Source of the DNA: Acidobacteriota bacterium
Lineage (GTDB): Bacteria; Acidobacteriota; UBA6911; RPQK01; JAJDTT01
Assembly: GCA_965263035.1 (NCBI GenBank)
Contig: OZ253580.1
Coordinates: 2,880,001-2,944,000 of the forward strand
Direction of reading: 5' to 3'
Length of the DNA: 64,000 nucleotides
The first letter of the stretch is position 1, and each line of letters begins with the position of its first letter. Below are positions 21,907 through 31,583 of the stretch, in pieces. The position numbers were made by a program, and so were the translations under genes. Below the pieces are notes generated by a model, which was not told the DNA's origin, did not search any database, and saw only the letters and a program-made list of their open reading frames with translations.

Positions 21907-22569
21907 ATGAATCACGCAGTAGTAACACTCGACGAAACCGGTTCTATGAGGGGGCAAGAGGAACGTGTCGTCAGTGCACTCAACCAGTACGTCAATGCCT
22001 TGCCGAAGGGCACGAACCTCACCGTGTTCAAGTTCGACAGCAAGCGGTGGGTCACGCAGTTCGCCGGGTTCGCCAAGGGCTGGAAGCCGTTGACCCTCAA
22101 GGACTATCGGCCCGGAGCCTCGACTCCGCTGTATGACGCGATTGCCTGGACCATCCATCATGCCGAGTCACTCGCGTCTGATGGGGACAAGGTGATGGTG
22201 ATGATCGATACCGATGGGCGGGAGAATTCCAGCCGCGAGTTCGATCATGCGGCCTGCCAGCGGATGATCTGCGATAAAAAGAAGGCCGGGTGGGAGTTCG
22301 TGTTCATGGCAAGCGGCATCACCGATCGTGCCGCCGCGTCTGTCGGGGCGACCGGGCAGTCTCTCGGAATGACGGTGAACACCGCAGCCTACCGAGCGAG
22401 ACGCAGGAACTACGCGACCGCATCCAAGCAGACGCTCTCCTACTTCTCCAGAAACACCCCGACTTCAACTTCGCAGGCCGCCAGGAATGTTGTCGACCAG
22501 AAGTCAGCTCACAGACGATCCGACAGAGACGCTGAGGTGATCCCTTCGGGCCAAAGATCGATGTTCTGA
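21907..22569 (+). CDS. von Willebrand factor A domain protein
   Basis: LDETGSM MIDAS-like motif, TPLYDAI, TDGRENSS; GAGGAG RBS. Confidence 0.85.
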   Translation: MNHAVVTLDETGSMRGQEERVVSALNQYVNALPKGTNLTVFKFDSKRWVTQFAGFAKGWKPLTLKDYRPGASTPLYDAIAWTIHHAESLASDGDKVMVMIDTDGRENSSREFDHAACQRMICDKKKAGWEFVFMASGITDRAAASVGATGQSLGMTVNTAAYRARRRNYATASKQTLSYFSRNTPTSTSQAARNVVDQKSAHRRSDRDAEVIPSGQRSMF

Positions 22570-22577
22570 GTCCGGGG

Positions 22578-22787
22578 ATGCCGGTCACATACAAGATCTC
22601 GAAATCCAGAACCAAGAATCTTGCGGAGAGCCTTTTGCGGATGGTCAAGACACTTGGTCCCGACAACAACCCTGGAAAGGACGTTGGCCGGGGTGTGTGC
22701 GACTACCACGTTGGAGTCTACTATCCCAACGAAAAAGAGGTCGTTGGGGGCTTCAAGGCGAGTTCCAATTACTGGATCACGTGGTGA
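22578..22787 (+). CDS. Small hypothetical protein
   Basis: 69 aa; 8 nt after the vWA stop; GTGA overlap with next ORF. Confidence 0.55.
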   Translation: MPVTYKISKSRTKNLAESLLRMVKTLGPDNNPGKDVGRGVCDYHVGVYYPNEKEVVGGFKASSNYWITW

Positions 22788-23035
22788 GTCCCGACAAAGA
22801 GGAAGACGTCAGCACTGGGAGCGACGGGCTGCTGAAGCCGTGCAGAGAGTGTGAGAACCCAGTCTCGATTACAGCGGGGTTCTGTCCCAAGTGCGGAGCG
22901 AAGAAACCGGCGCTGTCAGCGGCTGGACCCCTGCTGGAGAGCCTCGGTCAAGGCTTGATGGGAGTAGGCTGCCTGTTGACCCTCCTGATAACAATCCCCG
23001 TCCTCTTTTTCCTACTCGTCCTGGGAGCCTGCTGA
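22784..23035 (+). CDS. Zinc-ribbon protein with C-terminal transmembrane helix
   Basis: CREC...CPKC followed by VGCLLTLLITIPVLFFLLVL. Confidence 0.7.
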   Translation: MSPDKEEDVSTGSDGLLKPCRECENPVSITAGFCPKCGAKKPALSAAGPLLESLGQGLMGVGCLLTLLITIPVLFFLLVLGAC

Positions 23036-23386
23036 TACTGCTCCTGCCGTCCCGGCAATCTGAGAGGGGACGGGTAGAAAGGCCGTCGGGAGGTCCGTTT
23101 CGGCCGACGGTGTCGGGGTTTTTGGGACGAGATCCAGATCCATCATTAAAAAACACAATCATATACTTTATCGTATTGTATACTACGCTCCTGACTCTCT
23201 ATTGTCTGCGACGGAACCGGCCCTGGTCGAGCAAGCGGACCGGGCTTGGTAACAGACCTGTCGGGGTCACCTTGAGAGCAACTTGAAGATTGCTGATAAT
23301 ACCTACCCGCACACGATGGGCGCGGGTTGAGGTATCCTCAATCACCTCCAGTAATACCATCTCTGGAAAGAAACGCGGGGATCACC

Positions 23387-24760
23387 ATGTCCCATATCGA
23401 CATCGAAGGGACAGCCTACGTCTACGAAGAAACAAGGATGCGGAGCTTCGAGACGCTCGCCGACCGCGTCCGAGAAATGCGATCCGACGGGAAGCTCTCT
23501 CGTGATGTCCTCTACCGAATTCGCAAGCACTTTCGCATCAAGAACATTTACCATTCCAACGCCATCGAGGGTAACGTACTTGCGGTTGGTGAGACCCGTG
23601 AGGTGATCGAGCATGGTCTGACGATTACTGGGAAGCCCCTCAAGGACCAAGCCGAAGCGCGCAACCTATCGCATGCTTTGGATTTTCTTGAGGATCTGGC
23701 GGGCAACACACACACGCCAATCACCGAGAGTGATGTCCGCCAACTCCATGCCTTCGTCCTCGACGGAATCAGTGATGAAGCCGGTGCCTATCGGACCGTC
23801 CCCGTCGCCATCAGCGGTTCGGACTACTCGCCGACGGGGCCGGAGTCGGTTCCCGTGCAGATGGCGGAGTTTGGCCGTTGGCTCTTGAACGCTAGCATTC
23901 CTACCGACGACGCCTTCGCCGGAGTCAGGGGACTCTTGACGGCGGCCGTGGCGCACACCTGGTTTGTCACGGTTCATCCGTTTGTAGACGGCAACGGCCG
24001 CGTAGCTCGGCTGCTCATGAACCTCATGCTCATGCGCCACGGCTACCCGATCGCAATCGTCACGAAGGAAGACCGCCACCGGTACTATGATGCCTTGGAG
24101 TTCTCCCAAGCGTCCGATCTCACTCCGTTCGTCATCCTCGTCGCGGAGTGCATTGAGGAGAGCCTCGAAGAGTACGAGGCCGCAGCCAAGGAGCAGCGAG
24201 AGAATGCCGAATGGGCGGCTTCCCTCGCACAGAAGTTCACGCGGCCGGAGCGCATACGCGCGGAGAACGAATACGAAGTGTGGAAGAACGCTATGGAGTT
24301 GATGAAGAGCCATCTCCAGAAAACGGTCCATGTGTTCGACCAAGCTATCGACATCGGAAACGTCTACCTCAAGGATTTCGGCAGTCTAGAGTTCGAGAAA
24401 TACTCTGCCCTTCGGCGCGGAGAATCCGCGAAGCGTACATGGTTCCTCCGGGTCGACTTCCGCCGCGCCGATAGATCCGCACGCTACCTCTTCTTCTTCG
24501 GCCATGCGAGCTACGCTATGCGACGCCGATGCGATCGCGTCACGCTCCACGTCGCCCGCGAGGAGCCGCCCAACTCCTTCCACTACGAACGGCTTGAGAA
24601 CATTCAAGCCCTGAACGTCCCTAATCTCGCCGAGGTCGGCTATGAGATGTCTAAAGAGCGCTTTGTCACCAAACAGCGGAACGGCCGCCCCAGCAAGAGC
24701 CGTGTGGAGGATTTCACGAAACATTTCTTCAACGATGTCGTGGCGAAACACTTCGGGTAA
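23387..24760 (+). CDS. Fic family protein (class II, auto-inhibited) with C-terminal extension
   Basis: HPFVDGNGRVAR Fic motif; N-terminal SNAIEGN inhibitory motif. Confidence 0.9.
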   Translation: MSHIDIEGTAYVYEETRMRSFETLADRVREMRSDGKLSRDVLYRIRKHFRIKNIYHSNAIEGNVLAVGETREVIEHGLTITGKPLKDQAEARNLSHALDFLEDLAGNTHTPITESDVRQLHAFVLDGISDEAGAYRTVPVAISGSDYSPTGPESVPVQMAEFGRWLLNASIPTDDAFAGVRGLLTAAVAHTWFVTVHPFVDGNGRVARLLMNLMLMRHGYPIAIVTKEDRHRYYDALEFSQASDLTPFVILVAECIEESLEEYEAAAKEQRENAEWAASLAQKFTRPERIRAENEYEVWKNAMELMKSHLQKTVHVFDQAIDIGNVYLKDFGSLEFEKYSALRRGESAKRTWFLRVDFRRADRSARYLFFFGHASYAMRRRCDRVTLHVAREEPPNSFHYERLENIQALNVPNLAEVGYEMSKERFVTKQRNGRPSKSRVEDFTKHFFNDVVAKHFG

Positions 24761-24854
24761 CCGATTGTCCGGACGCCGCGCGGCGTCCCAGCGGGGCGGG
24801 CGGCGGCCCGTTCGAGCTGGCGTGACTGGGTCGGTCGAGGGCTGCGGACTCCTA

Positions 24855-26073
24855 GTACCTACTAACACTTAAAGTTTCTGGTACAGGCTCTTCAGCTTGA
24901 TCCGTGCATCCTCCGTCTTGAATTGCCAGTTGATCTCGGTTTTCCGTTGATTCCGATCGCCGACCCAAGCCTCGATCTCGCGTTGCATCTGGGCCAAGCT
25001 TGGAATGCGGCGGTCGAGGCATTGTCCGCACAGCGTGCTCAGTTCGATTTCCGCAATGTTGAGCCAGCTCCCGTGCTTCGGCGTGTAATGGATTTCGAGT
25101 CGTTCCGCCAGTTGGCGAGCGTGTCGGGGCTCGTAGGTCGCGTACAGCGATTCGATTCCGTGCGTGTTCAGGTTGTCCATGACCAGGACCACCCGCTCGG
25201 CCTCCGGATATCGCCGCTCCAGCATGCCCTCAATCCAGCGGGCCCAATCCTGGCGCGTACGCCGCTCGCCCGCCTCCACATGGCTGCGGCCGGTCAGCGG
25301 CTCCACCTCCAGGAAGATCTGCGCGACCCCGTTGCGCACGTACTCGTGCTCGATCCGCTCCGGCTGGCCCGGCTCCACGGGCAGCGGCTCCCGCACTTCG
25401 CCGATCAACTGCTTGTGGGTCTCATCCATGCAGACCACCGGCCGACGGGGATGGTAGGCACGGGCATAGACTTCCAAAACGTCCTCCATGCAGGCTACGA
25501 ATGCGGCGCTGCCCCGCGGCGGGATCCGCCAATACTTCTTCCGATGAGGCTGTAGTTGGTTTTTTTTAGCGTCCGCTGCACCGTCATCACCGACACCCGT
25601 TCGACCCAGCCCAGTTCCACTGCTTTCTCCGCCAGCAGGCGCAGGGTCCAGCGCTTCCGCCCCGGCGGGGCCTGGGAACAGGCCAAGGCGACCAAGCGAG
25701 CCTCGAACACGCCGTCGAAGATGACTTCCCGCGGCGGCCGCACCCGCCGCTTGCGCTCCAAGGCGAACTCCAGACCCTGCTCCACAAACCGCCGTTTCAA
25801 GCGCTCGACCGTGCGGACTGAGACGCCCAGCGCCTCGGCCACCCGGGCCACGGTCCATCCCGGCCCCTCCGACCCGCGGTCGCACAACAATAGAGCCCGT
25901 GCGTACAGGAACCGCTTGCCGGTGGTCTTGGTCGCGGCCCGGGTCAATGCCTTCAATTCCGAGCGCTCTTCCACAGTGAGCGTGACACGATAGCGTGGTG
26001 CCATGAGAACCCCTCCTTCCGAGTTCTCCAGCCTCCTACTATAGTATACGACCAATTACATGTTATGGGGTAC
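24855..26073 (-). mobile_element. IS630 family insertion sequence
   Basis: Imperfect IRs GTACCTACTAACACTTAA / GTACCCCATAACATGTAA; TA duplicated at 24853-24854 and 26074-26075. Confidence 0.9.
24869..26004 (-). CDS. IS630 transposase in two frames joined by a probable -1 frameshift
   Basis: HTH ORF starting MAPRYRV plus DDE ORF (CMDETHK, VMDNLNTH, SWLNIAEIE); A-run slippery site near 25560-25568. Confidence 0.88.
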
Positions 26074-26984
26074 TAGGCCCGCTCCCCACGGTTCGGCAAG
26101 ACCGCGAGGGCGGAATAGATAGCCAGCCGGTACGCCCCGTCTTCGCGACCGGCGATGCGGATGCCGCCGACGCTGAATCCGCCCCCGTTCTTGGTCACCT
26201 CCACGTCGGCAACCATGTTGAGGCTGACGCGTGCACGCACGAAGAACCTCGAGCCGTCCGGATCGTTCAGCCGCTCCATCGGGATGATGCCCCAATAGGG
26301 AACGTCGGGCACGGAACCTTCTTCGTTGACCGCCTGGAGTATGAAGGCCCAGATCGTGGGATCGTACTCCTCCTGCTGCAACACGGCCTCTTCCTCGCGG
26401 GTTATTTTTTTTAGATCTTCCGGCGTTCCCGCCGCCGGAATGAGCTTGATGCGCCGCTTCACGGGATTGCCGTGCCGGTCGCCGTCCGGATAGTTGGACC
26501 AGAGGGCCCGCCCCAACGTCGACATCAATTCCTCGTACAGCGTCAGCGTGGTCGATGTCCACACCTCGGAGGTCTCCGCGTACCCGCTCGGAATCACGTG
26601 GCCTGCCTTGGTGGCCTTACCGCCGCCCGCTCCATAGCGAACCTGAGACGGGTCGCATTCGCCGTCCATGATCTCAATCACGAAGTCGAGATCAGCGCCC
26701 CATAATTCTCTCAGCATGCGTTCGAGCGGCGGAAAGTCGCCGAGCAACGCGCTCAGGCGGTGTCCGAATCTGAGTTCCATATTAGGGCCCTGAAGTAGTG
26801 TGTGGAGGATCTTGACGGCGAGCTCAAAGCTCTCGCCCACGAGCCGTGCCGCAAGCGGCGGATGGTCGGTGCGCTCGGCCGATACGCGGGTCGCCCAACT
26901 CATGCAGTAGTACTCATAAAACGTGGTCCGTGCCCAGATCCACGGACGGAACTTCAAAATCGGTCTTGCGGTGCAGCGTGTCAT
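26073..26984 (-). CDS. Hypothetical protein, possible HEPN-like N-terminal domain
   Basis: 303-aa ORF; ESFELAVKILH...FGHRLSALL pattern; start uncertain. Confidence 0.55.
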   Translation of the reverse strand: MTRCTARPILKFRPWIWARTTFYEYYCMSWATRVSAERTDHPPLAARLVGESFELAVKILHTLLQGPNMELRFGHRLSALLGDFPPLERMLRELWGADLDFVIEIMDGECDPSQVRYGAGGGKATKAGHVIPSGYAETSEVWTSTTLTLYEELMSTLGRALWSNYPDGDRHGNPVKRRIKLIPAAGTPEDLKKITREEEAVLQQEEYDPTIWAFILQAVNEEGSVPDVPYWGIIPMERLNDPDGSRFFVRARVSLNMVADVEVTKNGGGFSVGGIRIAGREDGAYRLAIYSALAVLPNRGERA

Positions 26985-27412
26985 GTTTCTAATCTCTCTG
27001 GTTGTGCCGCCGGAATGCGGAAACGTGCATGAAATGGCGAACTAGACCACCGGCTCATCTCCGAGCGTACCCACGATGGCATCGCCACAGTCAGGAAACG
27101 CGGATGAACACCATGCTTGCGATGCCCCCTTCTCGATTCCGCGGTCAAGTTTGGCACAGGCCGCCACGTTCCGGACTCCCCAAGTTTTCAGACCATAAAA
27201 AAGGGAATTATATCCCAAAGTCACAATTCGGCAGGGTAATCGGACGCGAACGGTTGTTAGTGTCTAAATTGAATTCGCCCCCTGAAAGTTTTCAGCTTTC
27301 AACTGTGTGGGGATGGCACGATAGAAGAACCAGAGGCCCAGCCCAAATGGGACACAGATTGGAAGTGTGCGGGGTGTACGAAGTCGAGTAATCCCTTTCC
27401 CCTAGGAAATGA

Positions 27413-27805
27413 CTAACCGACGGGGATGCGATCCGGCAGCTTGACTTTTGTGGATTGGCGGGCTAATGCCTTCTGGCAATCCTTTCTGGCGACTTTATCT
27501 TCTGGCCATCCAATGACGTGGGAATGGTCAGGCGGGTCATCGTCGTCCTCCACAGTAAGTCCAGTCTCATGAACTGCACTAACAGTCAACCTACCCCATC
27601 CATACAGAAATTCCGTATTTCGACGTCTTCTGACAACCGTGATACCGGCCTCCAAGATCTCGGGATCAGTTTTATTCCCAATTCCGGAGACAGAGAGCCT
27701 GAGACGTTTGTCCGGTGCGAATAGACTTGGACGCGGACGGATCCCAGTAGATGGTAAGTGATTGCTCTGCGTTGCGAACCGGGCGATTTCGGAATGCGGA
27801 CTCAT
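27413..27805 (-). CDS. Hypothetical protein, possible ADP-ribosyltransferase-like toxin
   Basis: Early R (EIARF), central LSVS, late H (PPDHSHVIGWP); fold is an inference. Confidence 0.55.
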   Translation of the reverse strand: MSPHSEIARFATQSNHLPSTGIRPRPSLFAPDKRLRLSVSGIGNKTDPEILEAGITVVRRRRNTEFLYGWGRLTVSAVHETGLTVEDDDDPPDHSHVIGWPEDKVARKDCQKALARQSTKVKLPDRIPVG

Positions 27806-28425
27806 CAGGACGATTCCACGACAGGGGCGTCCAACATCTTTCTAATCGCATCCGAAGCGGAATCGGGGATTGTGCCCTCCCACAGTTCTCTGTTTGTATC
27901 CCTGTCATCTGAAATCCAATACGAAACTCCGATCTCACCAGAGGTTAGAATAATGATGGTCAGCATCACATCATCGTGAGGAACCCACTCGAACTCGATG
28001 TCTCCAAATGGACTTGCCTCAAGGAAGAGATCCTCAGAAATGGCTTTGTCAGAAAGTTGGTCCAAAAAGGACCGTGCGATCTCTAGCGTTTCGGAAGAGA
28101 CTGGGTCTGCATCTTCACCGTCCCAGTTTCTTTCACGGCAATCGTGTTCTAACCGTTCAATCTCCAAAAGCAGCTCTCCTCGCCGATCTGGCGGCTCCGA
28201 TGGCAGAATCGGGAGGAGCCTTTGATCCTCCGTGAAGCCCTGTCGCACATTTTCATTGCCCGAAGGGGACGCCACTTCCCCTCCAGTGGTGCAGATTGGC
28301 TCCGCACTTGAAATCTGGAGCACAAAAACACAAGTGACTGCGGTAGCTTTCAGTAACAGTATGGGAGCGCTTTGTTTGGACCCGGTAGAGGGGTCATTGG
28401 AGTAATTTGCCTCTGGATTAGTCAT
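27805..28425 (-). CDS. Hypothetical acidic protein (NWDG motif), possible antitoxin
   Basis: NWDGEDADPVS...FLDQL...PFGDIEFEW; overlaps both neighbours. Confidence 0.6.
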   Translation of the reverse strand: MTNPEANYSNDPSTGSKQSAPILLLKATAVTCVFVLQISSAEPICTTGGEVASPSGNENVRQGFTEDQRLLPILPSEPPDRRGELLLEIERLEHDCRERNWDGEDADPVSSETLEIARSFLDQLSDKAISEDLFLEASPFGDIEFEWVPHDDVMLTIIILTSGEIGVSYWISDDRDTNRELWEGTIPDSASDAIRKMLDAPVVESS

Positions 28426-28790
28426 TGTACCTTGTCCCCGAGTGTTCCCACGTTGGTTGCGTGGACATCTTCGACATTCTGAATCTTAACTTGTAGCCAC
28501 GAGATGAGAGCTTTCGCCACGCCTACGCTGAGGACAACCTGAACCTCAGCTTCTCGGACAATACCCTTCCTCACGGTCCTCGATAGCTCGCCCCCAAGTC
28601 TACCATCCGGCGTGATCTCATGGACTAGCCGAGTCGGTATAGGAGAACGCTCAGAGTAGAACGTCATTCCAATGTTGCCGGCTGGGGTTGTCCCTCCCCA
28701 TGCTCCATCCGCGTGAATCACTCGGAACCAGTTGGACTTGATGAAATGCAGGTCCACTTTGTCTCGTCTGACTGGTGTCTTTCGGGCCAT
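28422..28790 (-). CDS. Hypothetical protein (FRVIHADGAWGG motif), possibly DUF3467-like
   Basis: 122 aa; GGAGG RBS; first gene of a three-gene overlapping operon. Confidence 0.65.
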   Translation of the reverse strand: MARKTPVRRDKVDLHFIKSNWFRVIHADGAWGGTTPAGNIGMTFYSERSPIPTRLVHEITPDGRLGGELSRTVRKGIVREAEVQVVLSVGVAKALISWLQVKIQNVEDVHATNVGTLGDKVQ

Positions 28791-28883
28791 ATGTTCCTCC
28801 TCATCTCACCAATTATTAACCCGCACCCATCGGGTCTGAGTACATGGTGTAGTTAATCCGCCGAATACGGAACCAGTCGCCAA

Positions 28884-29057
28884 TTAGTCGTCCTTGAACT
28901 TGAAAGGCCGAAAGAACGCCTTACGCGCCTGGTCCAGCGACAATCCCGGCATACCAACCTCTTCCCTCAACTCCTCGCGTGAAGGCTGATAATCACGCTT
29001 CGGGAGGCGCATGGTCACGGGTTTCTGGATGGAGTGCTTTTGCTTGGGTTTGGACAT
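28884..29057 (-). CDS. Small basic protein (YQPSREE motif)
   Basis: 57 aa from MSKPKQK; TATAAT upstream; same strand as the transposase. Confidence 0.55.
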   Translation of the reverse strand: MSKPKQKHSIQKPVTMRLPKRDYQPSREELREEVGMPGLSLDQARKAFFRPFKFKDD

Positions 29058-29628
29058 TGGTCTGTGTCCCTTCACGCTTCTATTATACGTCGGGAAGGGT
29101 CTCTGCGAACAGTGGAGCGGACGTGCTGAACGGCCCAGCACCGTGCATTTCTTCGGTTCCACCTCCGCGCCGCCATTTGCGTCCCGCTACTCGCACCCCC
29201 ACTTTTCAGCGTGATGAGTTTTTTGGGTACTGGATTCTGTAACATCCCTTGACCCCGTTGTCAATCTGAGCCACAATCCCACCGCCATCATTCGCAGAGA
29301 ACCCTGTGTCGGGTCCTCCGCTGAATAGAACAGTCCATATATCCAGAGGCAGGGTAGCTCCCAGTCTCTATGGACGAACAGGCGGGCATTCCTACAGTTT
29401 CTCTGTGTGATGATGGCAGACCCGACTCCTTTAGCGGAGCCGGGATTGCTTGGGGACGTGTGCTGACGTTCGTCCTCTACAATTGGCGAGACCGCCGAGT
29501 GCGGTATCACTCGACGGCCTCTGAGCCAACTTGCCCTGTGCCAAGGGTAAGTCAGCCTGACGGCGATTCTGCGTCACCAGGCACAGTCCTACCACCTTGG
29601 CCCAGGGCCTCCAACTCAGGAGGTATCC

Positions 29629-30174
29629 ATGCCCATAGCTGGTAACAAGACTAAAACCATCATCACCAAAGTTGCCGGCGTCACCCAATCCAACCCAGAC
29701 GGCACCGAACGCCAGGACATCATCAAAGAACTGAAGATGGGAGAGAAAATCCTCTTGGTCCGTGACTACGAAAACGAGCACGATTTGTACGCGACTCAGG
29801 TTCAGACAGGGTCCGGGCAAGTCATCGGGTGGGTGCCTCGGCAAAGGACTCCCGAGGTAGGAGCATGGCTGGACCAAGGGCAGCTTGCCATTGCCGGAGT
29901 GGCCAGCCGGGGATCAGCTCCCGGGAAGAAGACCGTGGGGGTCAACATTGAAATCATGCTGGTCGGAGAGGCCGAGCGGCAAGTGGTAGAGACGGAGCTC
30001 AGGAATCATGAACGCTGGAAGAGACAGGAACTCAGGAGGCTGTCGGAACCGAAACCGGATCCGGTCCCTACATTTCAAGTGACGGAGGACAACGGGTTTC
30101 CGAAGAGCGTCATTCTTCTCTGTATCGGCCTCTTCCTTTTCATGGCGTGCGGCTTCGCTGTGTGTGGCGGGTGA
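29629..30174 (+). CDS. HIRAN-domain protein with C-terminal transmembrane helix
   Basis: TKVAGVT...LVRDYENEHDLYA.QV...IGWVPR HIRAN pattern; GGAGGT RBS; hydrophobic tail. Confidence 0.8.
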   Translation: MPIAGNKTKTIITKVAGVTQSNPDGTERQDIIKELKMGEKILLVRDYENEHDLYATQVQTGSGQVIGWVPRQRTPEVGAWLDQGQLAIAGVASRGSAPGKKTVGVNIEIMLVGEAERQVVETELRNHERWKRQELRRLSEPKPDPVPTFQVTEDNGFPKSVILLCIGLFLFMACGFAVCGG

Positions 30175-30176
30175 AC

Positions 30177-30194
30177 TTGAATTAGGGCACTACC
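30177..30194 (+). repeat. 18-bp cassette-end motif TTGAATTAGGGCACTACC
   Basis: 2 nt after the HIRAN stop; related copies at 30798, 31075, 27256 (-), 42845 (-). Confidence 0.8.
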
Positions 30195-30415
30195 ACACGG
30201 CACCGACCCTGTCCCATTTCCCCTCCTGCCGAGTATAATTCTGAGTGACGTGTCCTTCTTGATTCCGTGTCAGCACCCAAGGTGTATACTTTGCCCATAA
30301 GTGTTAGAGAGAGCCTCAAAAAGGTCTTGGTGGAGCGATGTGTGCAGCTTTCCGGGCATCCGAGCTCACCTGTATTCAAATTAACAAACCCCTAAATTGT
30401 AGGAGGGTGCTCATC

Positions 30416-30781
30416 ATGAAAAGTCGTGGACAGATCAGTGTTTTCAAATCCCATATACCTGGGGAAATCAAGGTCAAGTTAACTCGTCCGGTTTCTGAGT
30501 TGCGCCACATTCTCAGGAATGTAGGACAGGAGATGGGGGTCACGGAAACATTCACCTACAAACCACAGGCGACAATTGTCGTGCGTGTCCGCAAAGTAGG
30601 CACTCGGAAGTGGATCATGGGATTTGAGTGTTTCGATATGGGCTGGGTAAATTTTTTGGAGCTGGAGAGCGGCATCGAGTACGAAGTGCAGATCACGCGG
30701 AAGAATGAGGCTGGCGAGAGCGAGCCACGACTTGAACGGGTTCGGCTTGAAGACGGTGACAGTAGTGGTTTTGTCATGTGA
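30416..30781 (+). CDS. Fibronectin type III-like small protein
   Basis: LESGIEYEVQITRKNEAGESEP FN3-type C-terminal pattern; AGGAGG RBS. Confidence 0.6.
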   Translation: MKSRGQISVFKSHIPGEIKVKLTRPVSELRHILRNVGQEMGVTETFTYKPQATIVVRVRKVGTRKWIMGFECFDMGWVNFLELESGIEYEVQITRKNEAGESEPRLERVRLEDGDSSGFVM

Positions 30782-30797
30782 ACACCACCGGGAGTCT

Positions 30798-30815
30798 GGC
30801 GACTAGGGTACTACC
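30798..30815 (+). repeat. 18-bp cassette-end motif GGCGACTAGGGTACTACC
   Basis: 16 nt after the stop of 30416-30781. Confidence 0.7.
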
Positions 30816-30836
30816 TACACTCAGGAAGTCACGACG

Positions 30837-31064
30837 ATGAAGTCTCCATCTGGATGGGACCGGCAATTCCGATTCCTAGATTTGTTCCGGGATAAAGAAG
30901 GCCACCCGTCGTTGGGTAGGGTCATCGCAGCAATCCCGATGGCACTGCTCATCATAATGGTACTTGTGAGGATGATCGATCAATTTCAGGAACTCATGGT
31001 GGGCGCGGTGATTCTTTCAGTTCTCTCCATCATCGTCATCACTTTTCTACGTAGACACGAATAA
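30837..31064 (+). CDS. Small two-transmembrane protein
   Basis: 75 aa with two hydrophobic helices. Confidence 0.6.
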   Translation: MKSPSGWDRQFRFLDLFRDKEGHPSLGRVIAAIPMALLIIMVLVRMIDQFQELMVGAVILSVLSIIVITFLRRHE

Positions 31065-31074
31065 CAACCTCGAT

Positions 31075-31092
31075 TCAAATTAGGACACTACC
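31075..31092 (+). repeat. 18-bp cassette-end motif TCAAATTAGGACACTACC
   Basis: 10 nt after the stop of 30837-31064. Confidence 0.8.
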
Positions 31093-31413
31093 GCCACAAG
31101 CGGAACCTTGACAGGGAGATAGAAGGGGATTAAGGCACATCCGTTATTGGCAACTACCGTTTGATTCTGTCAATCAGCGGAATTGGATAATACTTGGACT
31201 TCGAGTTCATGAACAGAGCGGCCAGCTTGGCACCTGGGTCGGTGGCCTCGACTCGGGGCCGTCGCAGAGCGGCCAGTATTCTTCCCTTGATCCATCCAAA
31301 ACGCATAGCTTCCTCCTTTGGAGAGCAACAGACACATCTCCCCTAGAAAATGGTTGACCTTCAGAAAAAGAGGAATTAGAATGGCAGGGTTCTTGGTTGC
31401 CACTCTAATTCAC

Positions 31414-31448
31414 GGCCTCGCTGTTTCAGCAGCGGGGCCTCTCTTTTT
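31414..31448 (+). terminator. Probable intrinsic terminator downstream of the plus-strand cassettes
   Basis: GGCCTCGCTG-TTTCAG-CAGCGGGGCC hairpin followed by TCTCTTTTT. Confidence 0.55.
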
Positions 31449-31583
31449 CGATTACAAAAAACAGTCTATATAGGCGGGCTGTCTTTTGTCAACGGGATTT
31501 ATCACTCCTAATTAACAAACATTCCAGATGGGCTCAGGAATGACGGTTACAGGCAGAGTAGACAACTCCCCTGGTTCTGACCC

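Noticed and set aside
26056-26075. attC-like CCATAAC after the stop of 26073-26984
   Set aside because: It is part of the IS630 terminal inverted repeat.
29575-30215. Upstream duplications of the sequence after the 30177, 30798, 31075 and 27256 motifs
   Set aside because: Only weak partial matches (e.g. CACCAGGCACAGTCC vs CACACGGCACCGACC); too degenerate to claim without statistics.
30177-31092. CRISPR array
   Set aside because: Repeats are 18 bp, degenerate and separated by whole genes; no cas genes in the window.
29200-31160. Integron cassette array served by the recombinase at 33447-34424
   Set aside because: No attC-type palindromes with RYYYAAC...GTTRRRY ends, and the recombinase lacks an obvious IntI-specific insertion.
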